Shown here one piece after another: positions 63,575 through 64,000 of a stretch of DNA of 64,000 bases. This stretch comes from Okamejei kenojei (taxonomy: Eukaryota). Under the pieces are notes generated by a model. It did no database searches. It was given only the letters and a program-made list of their open reading frames with translations, and was not told the DNA's origin. Location: assembly GCA_035221665.1 (NCBI GenBank), contig CM069144.1, positions 28,706,001 to 28,770,000 on the forward strand, written 5' to 3'. The first letter of the stretch is position 1. Every line of letters begins with the position of its first letter. Made by a program: the position numbers and the translations under genes.

Positions 63575-63960
63575 TGAGTCATAGATCAAATGGCATGGAA
63601 ACAGACCCTTACACCTAACACAGCCGTGCTCACCATTAACTATCCACACTGCCCATTTTCCAGCACCTGGCTTGAAGTCTTCTATGCCATAATATTTCAA
63701 GTGCAAATCTAAGAACTCCTTAAATGCTGTCAGAGTACCTGGCTGCCATCACCTCTCAGGAAATACCTTTTGGATTTCAACCACGCTCCAGACGAATAAA
63801 CTCTTCCTCAAACCTCTTATAAATCTCCTACTATTTGGCCAAACCTTCGCCCTCTGCTTGTAGACATCATTGTAATGTGGCAAAAGTTCATCATTTTTTA
63901 TCTTATCTATGCTTCTCATAATTTTGTATACGTGAATCGGGTCCACCCTCACTCTTCTCC
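63575..63960 (-). mobile_element. Old CR1 3' fragment
   Basis: RRVRVDPIHVYKIMRSIDK plus 3' UTR. Confidence 0.65.
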
Positions 63961-64000
63961 TAGTCACAGAGTCACACAGCACAGAATCAGCCGGGCTTGT

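Overview
Vertebrate genomic DNA, most likely a cartilaginous fish (skate or ray). This is inferred from HE1-like V-SINEs with CR1/HER1 tails and from abundant Penelope-derived inverted-repeat elements. Two host genes converge: the last coding exon of MAP6D1 (+, 2793-2876) and the last eight coding exons of YEATS2 (-, 58824 down to 39443, all GT-AG and phase-consistent). The rest is largely transposon-derived. The main element is a DIRS1-like tyrosine-recombinase retrotransposon with both ends present (19403-28087: gag-like, RT, RNase H, methyltransferase-like, YR), split by a 3.7-kb L1/Tx1 LINE with a 17-bp TSD. The 150-bp loop of its 3' hairpin appears flipped, turning the expected inverted terminal repeat into a direct repeat. 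Also present are many CR1 fragments, a second L1, a Rex1-type fragment, Penelope fragments and hairpin elements carrying hammerhead-ribozyme-like cores, two Harbinger-type MITEs, a probable solo LTR, Deu-SINE-like relics and two degenerate minisatellites. Gene and family names come from my recall of known sequences, not from a database search. Repeat boundaries are approximate unless a TSD or TIR is quoted.
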